Origin: Fibrobacter succinogenes subsp. succinogenes S85
Lineage (GTDB): Bacteria; Fibrobacterota; Fibrobacteria; Fibrobacterales; Fibrobacteraceae
Assembly: GCF_000146505.1 (NCBI RefSeq)
Contig: NC_017448.1
Coordinates: 1,680,001 to 1,712,000, forward strand
Length of the DNA: 32,000 nt
Direction of reading: 5' to 3'
Of the stretch, positions 1-9,287 are shown one piece after another. Position numbers and translations under genes: made by a program. Numbering within the stretch: position 1 is the first letter of the stretch; every line of letters starts with the position of its first letter. The notes under the pieces are model-generated. The model saw only the letters and a list, made by a program, of their open reading frames with translations, did not search any database and was not told the DNA's origin.

Positions 1-2
1 CA

Positions 3-1163
3 GTCAATCGCTTTGTCGTACATGAGCTTCTGCTCAAATTCAAAACCGCGCAGCCAGAGGTTGTTGGCATTTTCGGTGCTGAACTGGCTCACATCCTGCA
101 AAAGCGAATCATACATGTGGATTTCTTCGTCAAACAGCCCTGCCGCTTCCTTGCGGTAAAGCTTGAGGATAGCCTGAATCCACGACGGGCGCGGTTCCAC
201 ATTTTCAATCAGATTGCGATACTGTTCAATAGCATCTTCATTGCGGTTCAGCGAACGGAGCGCTGCCGCACGTTTTTCCCACAGGACAATTCGCGTATTC
301 AAGTCAAGCGTACTCTTTTTCAAACGAGCATAAGCCGGGTCATCGAGCACCACAACCGAAGCGGGATTCTTCTGGGCCTGCTGGGCATCCATAATCTGGA
401 TGGAATCAAGCAATTCAAGGCAGCTCTTCATCTCGTCCTTCGTGCAAGCCATCTTCGCATAGGCGACTTTTTCGGCAAGCGATTCCGGAGTGCCAAAGAC
501 TTCCCTCAGGCGGCGTACAGAAGCATAAGCAGAATCCTTGTACGATGTACGGCTCGTCAAAAGCTTCATGTACATGCGCTTAGCCTGCCTGAGCTGGTAA
601 GAATCTTCCAAATAGCGGGCATAGCGGTACTTCAACGGGTCCACATCATCGCCGTCCGGGTTACCATTCAGATAGACCATCAGCGAATCCGCACGAGCAA
701 CATCGTTCAGCGAATAATCCGCCATCGCAGCCTCGATTCTCAGGCGGTCAGCCGCATCGCGCCAGGCCCTGTCATTTTCCAGGCTCTTTTCCAGGCGAAG
801 CGTCTCGCGCATCTTCGCAAACTGTTCCTGCTTAAAATTCGCCTTTGCCATGCGAAGGATTACCGTTCCCTGCAATTCAGGTTCACGCTTGCGCAAGGAA
901 TTGTAAGCGGCATAGGCGCTATCCCACTGGCCACTGTAATAGTAATAGGCGGCGCGAGCAAAATCACGATGGTTCTGCGAAACTGCAATATCGTTCATTG
1001 TCTTCTTCGCACGGGCGGCACGGATTACGGCATCCTGGAACTGGTCCGGAGCAATCATTTCCTGTTCCGCAAACGGAGACTTGTACGTGGAATATACAGA
1101 GCCATCCACCTGAGCATACAAGGCGGCTGTGCAAGCAAACAATAAAGAATAAAATAATTTCAT
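3..1163 (-). CDS. Secreted helical-repeat (TPR-like) protein; 3' end runs off the left window edge (partial)
   Basis: Absent from the ORF track because there is no stop inside the window. A reverse-strand ATG at 1163-1161 opens a frame that stays open to position 3. The N-terminus MKLFYSLLFACTAALYAQ looks like a signal peptide. The body is Ala/Tyr/Leu/Arg-rich helical-repeat sequence (e.g. ARAAYYYYSGQWDSAYAAYNSL). The + strand ORFs 117-1145 and 845-2128 over the same DNA look like antisense artefacts. Function not recognised. Confidence 0.6.
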   Translation of the reverse strand, partial: MKLFYSLLFACTAALYAQVDGSVYSTYKSPFAEQEMIAPDQFQDAVIRAARAKKTMNDIAVSQNHRDFARAAYYYYSGQWDSAYAAYNSLRKREPELQGTVILRMAKANFKQEQFAKMRETLRLEKSLENDRAWRDAADRLRIEAAMADYSLNDVARADSLMVYLNGNPDGDDVDPLKYRYARYLEDSYQLRQAKRMYMKLLTSRTSYKDSAYASVRRLREVFGTPESLAEKVAYAKMACTKDEMKSCLELLDSIQIMDAQQAQKNPASVVVLDDPAYARLKKSTLDLNTRIVLWEKRAAALRSLNRNEDAIEQYRNLIENVEPRPSWIQAILKLYRKEAAGLFDEEIHMYDSLLQDVSQFSTENANNLWLRGFEFEQKLMYDKAID

Positions 1164-1180
1164 CGCCAAACCAACTGTTT

Positions 1181-3019
1181 TTATTTTTCGACCTGTCCCA
1201 CAAATCCAGATATACCAAGTTCCATGATGGTTTGAGCATACTTTTTATGCAAAAACTCATTTACACTCTCGGCATCATCCATTTGCAAGACAGTCAAAGC
1301 AGCATCACGAACGTCTTCAAAGTTGATAGAACGGATAATCTTCTTCGTGGTCATTACGCTCCACGGAGTCATCGAAAGTTCATCAACACCAAGTCCAACC
1401 AGCAAAAGCACGCTCATCGGGTCCGTACACATTTCACCGCAAACAGCCACCGGAATTCCTTCACGGTGCGCAGCGACCACAGTCTGGTAAATCATGCTGA
1501 GCACGGCCGGATGGTGCGGCTGGAACATGTCGGTAATAAGTTCGTTCGTACGGTCAACGGCAAGCGTAAACTGTATCAAGTCGTTTGTACCCAGGCTAAA
1601 GAAATCCACTTCCTTAGCAAGTTTATCCACAATCATCACTGCAGCAGGGACTTCAATCATCGAGCCGATCTTAACGACCGGGAGCTTATGCCCTTCATCC
1701 TCAAGCTGCTTGCGGGCTTTCGCAATGCAAGCCTTAGCACGGCGAAGCTCCGTCATGCTAGAAATCATCGGGAGCAAAATGCGCAAGTTGCCCTTCGTAT
1801 TTGCAAGCAACAGCGCACGCAGCTGCGTGATGAAAATATCTTCGCGGTCAAGGCACACGCGGATAGAACGCCAACCCATAAACGGGTTCGATTCGTTCAC
1901 CGCAGAGACTCCCGAAACAAGCTTATCACCCCCCGCATCAAGCGTACGGATGACAACCGGATACGGGTCCATCTTCTCGAGAATATGCCTGTAAGCGCTC
2001 TCCTGTTCCTTTTCTGTCGGAGTACCCTTTCTGAAGAACAGGAATTCCGAACGGTAAAGACCGATACCCGTAGCGCCAAAGTCTGTTACCTTGTCTGCTT
2101 CCGTCGGGATTTCGATGTTTGCGTGTAGCACAATGTACTTGCCATCACGGGTCATCGGTTCCAGCTGACGCATCGTGAAAAGTTCACGGCGCTGGCGTTC
2201 GAACATTTCCTGACGATCGTGGAACTTGCGGATATCTTCTTCGTTCGGGTTGATGATGACCTTACCATCGGCACCATCGACAATAATCGTATCGCCACTC
2301 TTGACGAGGGCAGCTACATTCCTAAGGCCCGATACCGCCGGGATCTGCAACGCTCTGGACAAAATAGCGACATGGCTCGTACGGCCACCCGTATCCATCA
2401 CGATAGCGTTCACTTGTCCGGGCTTGAGCGTCATCAAGAAGCTTGGAACAAACTCATGGGCCACGAGGACAACGCCATCTTCGTGAGACACGTCCTCCAA
2501 TACCGGTCCGGAGTCATCCATCGCAGACATCAAGCGGTTATACAAGTCCCTGAGGTCTGCCGCCTTGTCACGCATGGCGGGCGAATCAATCTTTTCAAAC
2601 TTTTCAATGTAGGCGCTAAATACAACATGTACCGCCCACTTCGCGTTCTTGTGCTTTTTCCTGATCTTGTCGAGAACTCCATTCACGAGTCCCGGATCCT
2701 GCAAGATCATCAGGTGCGTTGCAAAAATCAGGCTGTCCTTGATGCCAGCCCTGGTTTCCGAGATTTCCTTAATCTGGGCGATTTCCTTGGAGGTCTTGCT
2801 AATAGCCTTCAGGAACATCTGTTCTTCTGCAGCAAGGCGGCTCTCAGGGAGAGTCTCATCAACCACGGAAAATTCACGGTTTGCAACAGGAAAAACCGTT
2901 CCCATGGCAAAGCCAGGGGAAGACGGCACACCGACAAGCTCTATCCTAGAAGATTTCCGGGAAGCCTCGTCGGGAGCTTTAGCTACAAAATCAGCAGGGT
3001 TCTTCGTTGAAGTGGTCAT
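1181..3019 (-). CDS. ptsI: Phosphoenolpyruvate-protein phosphotransferase (PTS Enzyme I)
   Basis: Enzyme I motifs: GGRTSHVAILSRALQIPAV (phospho-His region), LGTNDLIQFTLAVDR, VAVCGEM. I trimmed the track ORF (to 3106) to the ATG at 3019-3017 (MTTSTKNPADF...), because the extension overlaps ptsH. The start is uncertain by a few codons. Confidence 0.9.
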   Translation of the reverse strand: MTTSTKNPADFVAKAPDEASRKSSRIELVGVPSSPGFAMGTVFPVANREFSVVDETLPESRLAAEEQMFLKAISKTSKEIAQIKEISETRAGIKDSLIFATHLMILQDPGLVNGVLDKIRKKHKNAKWAVHVVFSAYIEKFEKIDSPAMRDKAADLRDLYNRLMSAMDDSGPVLEDVSHEDGVVLVAHEFVPSFLMTLKPGQVNAIVMDTGGRTSHVAILSRALQIPAVSGLRNVAALVKSGDTIIVDGADGKVIINPNEEDIRKFHDRQEMFERQRRELFTMRQLEPMTRDGKYIVLHANIEIPTEADKVTDFGATGIGLYRSEFLFFRKGTPTEKEQESAYRHILEKMDPYPVVIRTLDAGGDKLVSGVSAVNESNPFMGWRSIRVCLDREDIFITQLRALLLANTKGNLRILLPMISSMTELRRAKACIAKARKQLEDEGHKLPVVKIGSMIEVPAAVMIVDKLAKEVDFFSLGTNDLIQFTLAVDRTNELITDMFQPHHPAVLSMIYQTVVAAHREGIPVAVCGEMCTDPMSVLLLVGLGVDELSMTPWSVMTTKKIIRSINFEDVRDAALTVLQMDDAESVNEFLHKKYAQTIMELGISGFVGQVEK

Positions 3020-3263
3020 CAAAAAGCTTTTCCAACTGCTGAACGACAAGCTCCTCATCATCACCATCGATTTCGAACTTGACTTCGGAACCGGCAGGGA
3101 TAGCAAGCATCATCACGTTAAGGATGCTCTTCGCATTGGCCTTTGAACCTTCAAACACGATAGACACATCACTTTTTGCCTGGCCCGTGATATCAACAAT
3201 CATACCGGCGGGACGGGCGTGAATGCCCAGTTTGTTGGAAACAGTAAATATCTTTGTAATCAT
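2991..3263 (-). CDS. ptsH: Phosphocarrier protein HPr
   Basis: The 90-aa product MITKIFTVSNKLGIHARPAG... has the His15 motif GIHARPAG and a Ser46-type region GSKANAKSILNVMML. A GAGGAA Shine-Dalgarno lies 5 nt upstream of the ATG at 3263-3261. The track ORF's N-terminal extension to 3362 overlaps the mlaD-like gene and was trimmed. Confidence 0.9.
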   Translation of the reverse strand: MITKIFTVSNKLGIHARPAGMIVDITGQAKSDVSIVFEGSKANAKSILNVMMLAIPAGSEVKFEIDGDDEELVVQQLEKLFDDHFNEEPC

Positions 3264-3270
3264 CAATTCC

Positions 3271-4191
3271 TCAGAAGAAATCCACGTTAATGTCAAGGCC
3301 ATCCTGCAGGATGATCTTGAACAGGCTATCAGCAGAATGCACTGTCTTGACCAAGTCGTCATGAAGCTGTCTGTCGTTTAACAAAATACCGACAGTATTG
3401 TCCTTCGAATCCATCTTGGCCTGCACCTTGGCAATCAGCCCATCCAAATGCTTAGTCACGCCTTCCAGGTCAGAAATCAGCTGGTTTGCGTTACCCATAA
3501 CCTTATCCGTTCCGGCAAAGAGCCCATTGATCGGTTCCTTGACGCCATCGACGAGCTCGTTCACCTTGACCGTCACCTTGTTCAGGTTCGCAAGGCTCTT
3601 CTTGAGCTGCGGATCAGTCGTCGTCACAAGCGACATCAGGCGGTCTTCAAGATTCTCAGCCTTCACGAGGAGAGTCTTGAATCGGTCCTGGAATTCCGGA
3701 TTTGCAATCGTTCCGTTCAAAGCCGTCTTTACCGCTTCAAGCAAGACCTTCGTGGAATCGCAAACTTCACCCGCAAGGCCAAGCGCTTCGGCAATGCCCG
3801 CATCGAACTGGCCCGTGATGGTATCGCCCGGCACGTAGTATTCTTCAGCATCACCGAGGATCATGCCAATCTGGCGTTCGCCCATGATGCCGATGTTCTG
3901 CACGCGGATTTCGGAATCCTTCGGGATTTTCACGTTGGACTTGAGCCTGACCGTCACCACGACGCGGTGGCCAGAAAGCTCAATAGACTCCACGCGGCCT
4001 AGCTTCACGCCATTGATTTTGACCGGGTCATCCAAAACTAGCGTACTCACCTGCGTAAAGCGCAAGTGATACACATCGAAAGTTTCACGCAGATCCTTCT
4101 CGTTCAAAAAGAACATGCCAAATATCAAGATGAAAATGGCTAAAAGAACGACAAGTCCGACGGAGAAGTATAAAGCGGTATTCTTTTTCAT
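3271..4191 (-). CDS. MCE/MlaD-family protein (single N-terminal TM helix, MCE domain, long coiled C-terminal region)
   Basis: N-terminal TM helix ALYFSVGLVVLLAIFILIFGMFFL, followed by an MCE-type core (VYHLRFTQVSTLVLDDPVKINGVKLGRVESIEL...VTVRL). The stop at 3271 lies 7 nt from the ptsH start. Confidence 0.8.
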   Translation of the reverse strand: MKKNTALYFSVGLVVLLAIFILIFGMFFLNEKDLRETFDVYHLRFTQVSTLVLDDPVKINGVKLGRVESIELSGHRVVVTVRLKSNVKIPKDSEIRVQNIGIMGERQIGMILGDAEEYYVPGDTITGQFDAGIAEALGLAGEVCDSTKVLLEAVKTALNGTIANPEFQDRFKTLLVKAENLEDRLMSLVTTTDPQLKKSLANLNKVTVKVNELVDGVKEPINGLFAGTDKVMGNANQLISDLEGVTKHLDGLIAKVQAKMDSKDNTVGILLNDRQLHDDLVKTVHSADSLFKIILQDGLDINVDFF

Positions 4192-4256
4192 TCTAAAACT
4201 AATCTAGCATATTTTAATTAAGTCCTGAGTTATGAATGACTTGTATTAGGCTATTT

Positions 4257-4286
4257 TTGACAAGGATAACAAAGAAAAACTATAAC
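4257..4286 (+). promoter_or_regulatory. Sigma70-like promoter for rpoC (TTGACA - 18 nt - TATAAC)
   Basis: TTGACA at 4257-4262 and TATAAC at 4281-4286, about 18 nt upstream of the rpoC ATG at 4304. Pattern match only. The very short leader has no obvious SD. Confidence 0.5.
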
Positions 4287-4303
4287 GAGCGTTTTAACAC
4301 CTT

Positions 4304-7300
4304 ATGATAGAAGAACCGATGAGCCAAGAAGGCGGCATTTCTATTCATCTCGCCTCCCCGGAGCAAATCCGTTTCTGGTCCTATGGCGAAGTGACAAAGC
4401 CGGAAACGATTAACTACCGTTCCTTCAAGCCTGAAAAGGATGGTCTTTTCTGCGAAAAGATCTTTGGACCGATCAAGAACTGGGAATGCAACTGCGGCAA
4501 GTACAAGCGCATCCGCTACAAGGGCGTCGTCTGCGACCGTTGCGGTGTTGAAGTGACTCACTCCAAGGTCCGTCGCGAACGCATGGGCCATATTGAACTC
4601 GTGTGTTCTCTTGCTCATACCTGGTTTGTCCGCAACCAGCCGTGCGTCATCGGAGCCCTCCTCAACCTCAATACCAAGGACCTCGACCATATCATCTACT
4701 ACGAAAAGTACGTGGTGATTGATCCGGGAACAACCAACCTCGAAAAGAACTCCTTGATTGACGAAGAAGAAAAGCAAAACCTCATTGACGAAGGCCGTGA
4801 ATTCGTAGCTAAGATGGGTGCAGCAGCAATCAAACAGCTCTTGGATAGCCTTGACTTGACCAAGCTCTCCGAAGAACTCCGCTTGCAGGCTACTTCCAAG
4901 TCCAAGACCAAGCAAGACGAAGCCGTAAATCGCCTCAAGGTCGTTGAGGCATTCCGTAAATCCCAGATGGAAAGCTTCCGCACTTACTACAATAACCCAG
5001 AAGCAGCACAAAAGCGAGACAGAGACAAAATTTGGCTCAAGGGTCTTGCCGAAGCTGTTGCCGAATTCAAGGTTGACTACGAAGCCAAGCACTCCGACTT
5101 TGTGCTTGCCGACGCCTACGAAGAATTCCGTCACAAGTATCCGACTGAGGCCCGTCTCTTTGCAAACCAACCATCTTGGATGATTCTCGACGTGATTCCG
5201 GTGCTTCCGCCGGACCTGCGTCCGCTCGTACCGCTTGAAGGTGGCCGCTTTGCCACCTCCGACTTGAACGAACTCTATCGCCGTGTCATCAACCGCAACA
5301 ACCGCTTGAAAAAGTTGATTGACATCCGTACCCCTAACGTGATTCTCTGCAACGAAAAGCGTATGCTCCAGGAAGCTGTCGACCAGCTGTTCGATAGCGA
5401 CCGCCGCACCGTTCGTGCTGGTTCTGCACGTCCGCTCAAGAGCCTCGCTGAACTCCTCAAGGGTAAGCAGGGTCGCTTCCGTATGAACTTGCTCGGTAAG
5501 CGTGTTGACTATTCCGGCCGTTCCGTGATTGTCGTGGATCCAGAACTCCGCCTAGACCAATGCGGCCTCCCCAAACGCATGGCACTTGAACTTTACAAGC
5601 CGTTCATCATCCAGCGCTTGGAAGAAGAAGGCATTGTCTACACGCACAAGTCTGCTAAAAAATACGTTGACGCAAATCGTCCTGAAGTCTGGGACATTCT
5701 TGAACAGATTATTGAAGACCACCCGGTCATGTTGAACCGCGCTCCGACGCTTCACCGCTTGGGTATCCAGGCCTTCTATCCGAAGCTCATCGAAGGTAAC
5801 GCGATTCACCTCCACCCATTGGTCTGTCCGGCTTTCAATACAGACTTTGACGGCGACCAGATGGCGGTGCATCTCCCGCTTTCTTTTGAAGCACAGCTTG
5901 AATGCCGCGTGTTGATGCTTTCTTCGAACAACATCCTTCACCCATCTTCTGGTCAGCCGATTACGGTGCCAAAACAGGATATGGTACTTGGCCTGTACTA
6001 CCTAACCAAGCCACGTCCCAACCGCAAGGGTGAAGGCATGCACTTTTATGCCCCGGCCGAAGCCATCAGCGCTTACGAAAACGGTGCCGTGGATTTGAAC
6101 GCCAATATTTATCTTAAACTAAAAGCGGGTCAAAAAATTTACAAGGGATCCGTTGAAAAAGACATCATCCTTGAAGAAGACTGCATCATCAAAACAACCG
6201 TCGGCCGTATCATCTTTAATGATATTGTCCCGCCTGCACTTGGCTACATCAATGAAACCCTTAACAAAGAATTTATCACAAATTCCATTGATAATCTCTA
6301 TCATCGTGCAGGCAACCGAGTGACCGTCGATTATCTCAACAACCTCAAGGCAATCGGTTTCAAGTGGGCCACAAAAGCAGGCACTTCCATCGCAGTAGCC
6401 GACATCCTAATTCCGAAGGAAAAGCAGGAATTGCTCAATGCCGCCACCAAAGAAATCAGAAAGATTCGCGCCCTTTACGAAGACGGTGTCATTACTGACG
6501 GTGAACGTTATAACCAGACAATTGACGTGTGGTCCAAGACGACGTCCAACGTTGCAGCCAAGCAGTGGGACTCGCTCTCTCACGACCGCAATGGCTTCAA
6601 CCCGCTTTATATGATGGCCGACTCCGGTGCTCGTGGTAACCGTGAGTACATCAAGCAGTTAGCCGCAATGCGAGGATTGACGCAAAAGCCGATCAAGCAA
6701 CTCGGTGGTCAGGAAGTTATTGAAAACCCGATTAAGTCCTGTTACCGAGAAGGCTTGAACGAAATGGAATACTTCATTTCATCTCATGGAGCACGCAAGG
6801 GGTTGGCCGACACCGCTCTAAAGACGGCTGATGCAGGTTACCTAACACGCCGTCTTGTGGACGTGGGCCTGGATCTCGTGATTACCGAGAAAGACTGCGG
6901 TACGGCGAACGGTATTGAAGTATCCGCACTCAAGGACGGGGACGATACAGTCATTCCTCTTGAAGAACGTCTTCTCGGTCGCGCACCGGTCGATGACATC
7001 AAGCATCCAGTCACAGGCGAAGTGATTGTCAAGGCAGGCGAACTCGTGAACGAACGCGACCTTCCGAAAATTTCTGCAGCAGGTTTTGAGCACATCAGGA
7101 TGCGTTCCGTACTCACCTGTGAATCCCGCAACGGCGTGTGTGCCAAGTGCTATGGGCGCATGCTTTCTTCCGGTCGTCCGGTTGACCTCGGTGAAGCCGT
7201 GGGCGTGCTTGCAGCACACTCCATCGGCGAACCGGGTACGCGTCTTACGCTTCGCACCTTCCACATTGGTGGTGTACATTCTCCTTTGACCGTTGAAAAT

Positions 7301-8617
7301 TGCAAGAAGGCTATCGTTGATGGCCGCATTAAGCTTGAACAGATCGAAACCATTGAACACGAAGGCCAGAAAATCGTGGTTTCCCGTATGGGCGAACTCG
7401 TCATCTTTGACAACACCGGCATTAACAAGGGCCGTTACCAGATTCCGTATGGCTCTATCATGCACGTTGGAAACAACGCTATCGTCAAGAAGGGCGACTG
7501 CATGTTCGAATGGGATCCGTACAACAGCCCGATTATCACGAACGTTGCCGGCAATGTCGTTTTCTTCAACATGGTGGACAAGCAGCACGGTAAGAACAAA
7601 TTGCATCCAGCCATTATCATCAATGATGACCGTGGCGAAAAGGTTGGCTACTTCATGTTGCCTGATGGTGCAATCCCCGCCGTGAAGCAGGGTGACAAGG
7701 TTGCCTCCGGTCAGGTTATCGCAAAGCTTCCGCGTGCTGCAGGTAAGACCCGCGATATTACCGGCGGTCTTCCGCGAATCGCAGAAATCTTCGAAGCGCG
7801 AGTCCCAAGAAACAAGGCATTCATCGCACCGGTTGACGGTCTCGTCAAGTACGGTAACGAAGTACGCAACTACCAAGAAATTGTTATTCAGCAGATGAAT
7901 GGCTACGAAATGAAAATGTTTGTTCCGCTTGGTATCCATCTAATAGTCAACGAAGGCGATCGCGTCCGTGCAGGTCAGAAGATTAGCGAAGGCTGCGTGG
8001 ACCCACACGACATCCTCGATATTCTCGGTCCCGAGCAAGCAGAGCTCCACTTGGTAAATGAAGTTCAAGCGGTTTACCGCCTACAAGGTGTGGCTATTGC
8101 AGACAAGCACATCGAATGCGTCGTTCGTCAAATGATGCGCAAGGTTCGTATTACTGATTCGGGTGATTCCGACTTCCTGCCGGGTGAAGAAATTACCAAG
8201 GACAGTCTCCGTACCGAAAACGATCGCCTAATCGCTCTTGGTAAAGCCATAGCGACATATCAACCGATGCTCCTTGGCATCACTAAGGCATCCTTGGCAA
8301 CGGACAGCTTCATTTCTGCAGCATCCTTCCAGGAAACCCAAAAAATCCTTACCCGCGCCTCCATCGAAGGACGTGTGGATCCGCTCATGGGTCTTAAGGA
8401 AAACGTAATTATAGGCAGGCTAATTCCATGCGGAACAGGCGCCCGCCACCTGCGAGACGCCCAAGTAATTGATGTCGATGCCGACGAAATGGAAGAACGC
8501 TCTCGTTATCTGAATGCCGTGTCTAGTTTTGTGAATGCAGTATCAGAAAATTCTGAAACCAGTACCCAAATCCAGATGCAGGATAACGAAATTGACACCT
8601 CTAACGAGGAAGAGTAA
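4304..8617 (+). CDS. rpoC: DNA-directed RNA polymerase subunit beta-prime
   Basis: Zinc ribbon [23 protein letters not shown]. Also [36 protein letters not shown] and [14 protein letters not shown]. The catalytic loop is [13 protein letters not shown]. The trigger loop is [16 protein letters not shown], followed by [13 protein letters not shown]. An alternative start at Met6 (4319) is possible. Confidence 0.97.
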   Translation: MIEEPMSQEGGISIHLASPEQIRFWSYGEVTKPETINYRSFKPEKDGLFCEKIFGPIKNWECNCGKYKRIRYKGVVCDRCGVEVTHSKVRRERMGHIELVCSLAHTWFVRNQPCVIGALLNLNTKDLDHIIYYEKYVVIDPGTTNLEKNSLIDEEEKQNLIDEGREFVAKMGAAAIKQLLDSLDLTKLSEELRLQATSKSKTKQDEAVNRLKVVEAFRKSQMESFRTYYNNPEAAQKRDRDKIWLKGLAEAVAEFKVDYEAKHSDFVLADAYEEFRHKYPTEARLFANQPSWMILDVIPVLPPDLRPLVPLEGGRFATSDLNELYRRVINRNNRLKKLIDIRTPNVILCNEKRMLQEAVDQLFDSDRRTVRAGSARPLKSLAELLKGKQGRFRMNLLGKRVDYSGRSVIVVDPELRLDQCGLPKRMALELYKPFIIQRLEEEGIVYTHKSAKKYVDANRPEVWDILEQIIEDHPVMLNRAPTLHRLGIQAFYPKLIEGNAIHLHPLVCPAFNTDFDGDQMAVHLPLSFEAQLECRVLMLSSNNILHPSSGQPITVPKQDMVLGLYYLTKPRPNRKGEGMHFYAPAEAISAYENGAVDLNANIYLKLKAGQKIYKGSVEKDIILEEDCIIKTTVGRIIFNDIVPPALGYINETLNKEFITNSIDNLYHRAGNRVTVDYLNNLKAIGFKWATKAGTSIAVADILIPKEKQELLNAATKEIRKIRALYEDGVITDGERYNQTIDVWSKTTSNVAAKQWDSLSHDRNGFNPLYMMADSGARGNREYIKQLAAMRGLTQKPIKQLGGQEVIENPIKSCYREGLNEMEYFISSHGARKGLADTALKTADAGYLTRRLVDVGLDLVITEKDCGTANGIEVSALKDGDDTVIPLEERLLGRAPVDDIKHPVTGEVIVKAGELVNERDLPKISAAGFEHIRMRSVLTCESRNGVCAKCYGRMLSSGRPVDLGEAVGVLAAHSIGEPGTRLTLRTFHIGGVHSPLTVENCKKAIVDGRIKLEQIETIEHEGQKIVVSRMGELVIFDNTGINKGRYQIPYGSIMHVGNNAIVKKGDCMFEWDPYNSPIITNVAGNVVFFNMVDKQHGKNKLHPAIIINDDRGEKVGYFMLPDGAIPAVKQGDKVASGQVIAKLPRAAGKTRDITGGLPRIAEIFEARVPRNKAFIAPVDGLVKYGNEVRNYQEIVIQQMNGYEMKMFVPLGIHLIVNEGDRVRAGQKISEGCVDPHDILDILGPEQAELHLVNEVQAVYRLQGVAIADKHIECVVRQMMRKVRITDSGDSDFLPGEEITKDSLRTENDRLIALGKAIATYQPMLLGITKASLATDSFISAASFQETQKILTRASIEGRVDPLMGLKENVIIGRLIPCGTGARHLRDAQVIDVDADEMEERSRYLNAVSSFVNAVSENSETSTQIQMQDNEIDTSNEEE

Positions 8618-8627
8618 TCGTCTTTAA

Positions 8628-9284
8628 CTATTCCCCAACCCTCACGATAGGGCTGTTTGTCTCAATGCCGTTCACATGGCGATCAAGCCAGTCAAGCAAC
8701 AAAGCATCGCGTTCTGCCTGCGGGAGCGCGAACTTTTCGCGGCCCTGCTTCTGCATGAACACGTCAAGGTAAGTCATCAGCACGCCACCGGCAACGGAAA
8801 CGTTCATCGATTCCGTAATGCCATACTGCGGGAGCTTGAATTCATAGTCTGCATGGGCAAGCGTATCCGGATGGTTCCCGTGGAATTCACTGCCCAAGTA
8901 AAAAGCCATCGGCTGACTCAAATCAAGGTCGAGCACAGAGTTCGTAGTGTTCGTGCTGGCGACCGCAATCTTGTAGCCCTTTTCACGGAGCTTTTCCATG
9001 CAGAGCATGCGCTTCTTGTACAGGTAAAGGCTCATCCACTTGTAGGAGCCCTTCAAGATGGACTTGTTCACGCTATAGGCGTTGTCTTCTTCAATGATGT
9101 GAACATCCTGGAGGCCAAAGACTTCTGCAGTACGGATAACGGCGGAAATGTTGTGCGGATCAAACAGGTCCTCGAGCACCATGCAAAAATGACGCGTACG
9201 GCGATTGACCACAGACGTCAAGAGTTCACGGCGGCGTTCCGTCACACGTGCAAGCAAAGTTTCCATATCCTTAGGTTCACTCAT
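8628..9284 (-). CDS. trmH: SpoU-family tRNA (guanosine-2'-O)-methyltransferase
   Basis: TrmH-like N-terminus (RRRELLTSVVNRRTRHFCMVLEDLFDPHNISAVIRTAEVFGLQDVHII) and the C-terminal SPOUT knot motifs YLGSEFHG and ITESMNVSVAGGVLM. Confidence 0.8.
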   Translation of the reverse strand: MSEPKDMETLLARVTERRRELLTSVVNRRTRHFCMVLEDLFDPHNISAVIRTAEVFGLQDVHIIEEDNAYSVNKSILKGSYKWMSLYLYKKRMLCMEKLREKGYKIAVASTNTTNSVLDLDLSQPMAFYLGSEFHGNHPDTLAHADYEFKLPQYGITESMNVSVAGGVLMTYLDVFMQKQGREKFALPQAERDALLLDWLDRHVNGIETNSPIVRVGE

Positions 9285-9287
9285 TTT

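Noticed and set aside
117-2128. Long + strand ORFs (342 aa at 117-1145; 427 aa at 845-2128; also 1494-1994)
   Set aside because: They are antisense to the secreted repeat protein and to ptsI, both of which have clear protein-like or motif-bearing translations. The + strand translations are Arg/His/Cys/Ile-rich with no recognisable motifs, which is typical of shadow ORFs.
6842-7939. 365-aa minus-strand ORF inside rpoC (plus 4280-5170 and 5552-5941)
   Set aside because: It lies entirely within the rpoC reading frame region. Its composition is shadow-ORF-like and it has no motifs. The rpoC identity of the + strand is unambiguous.
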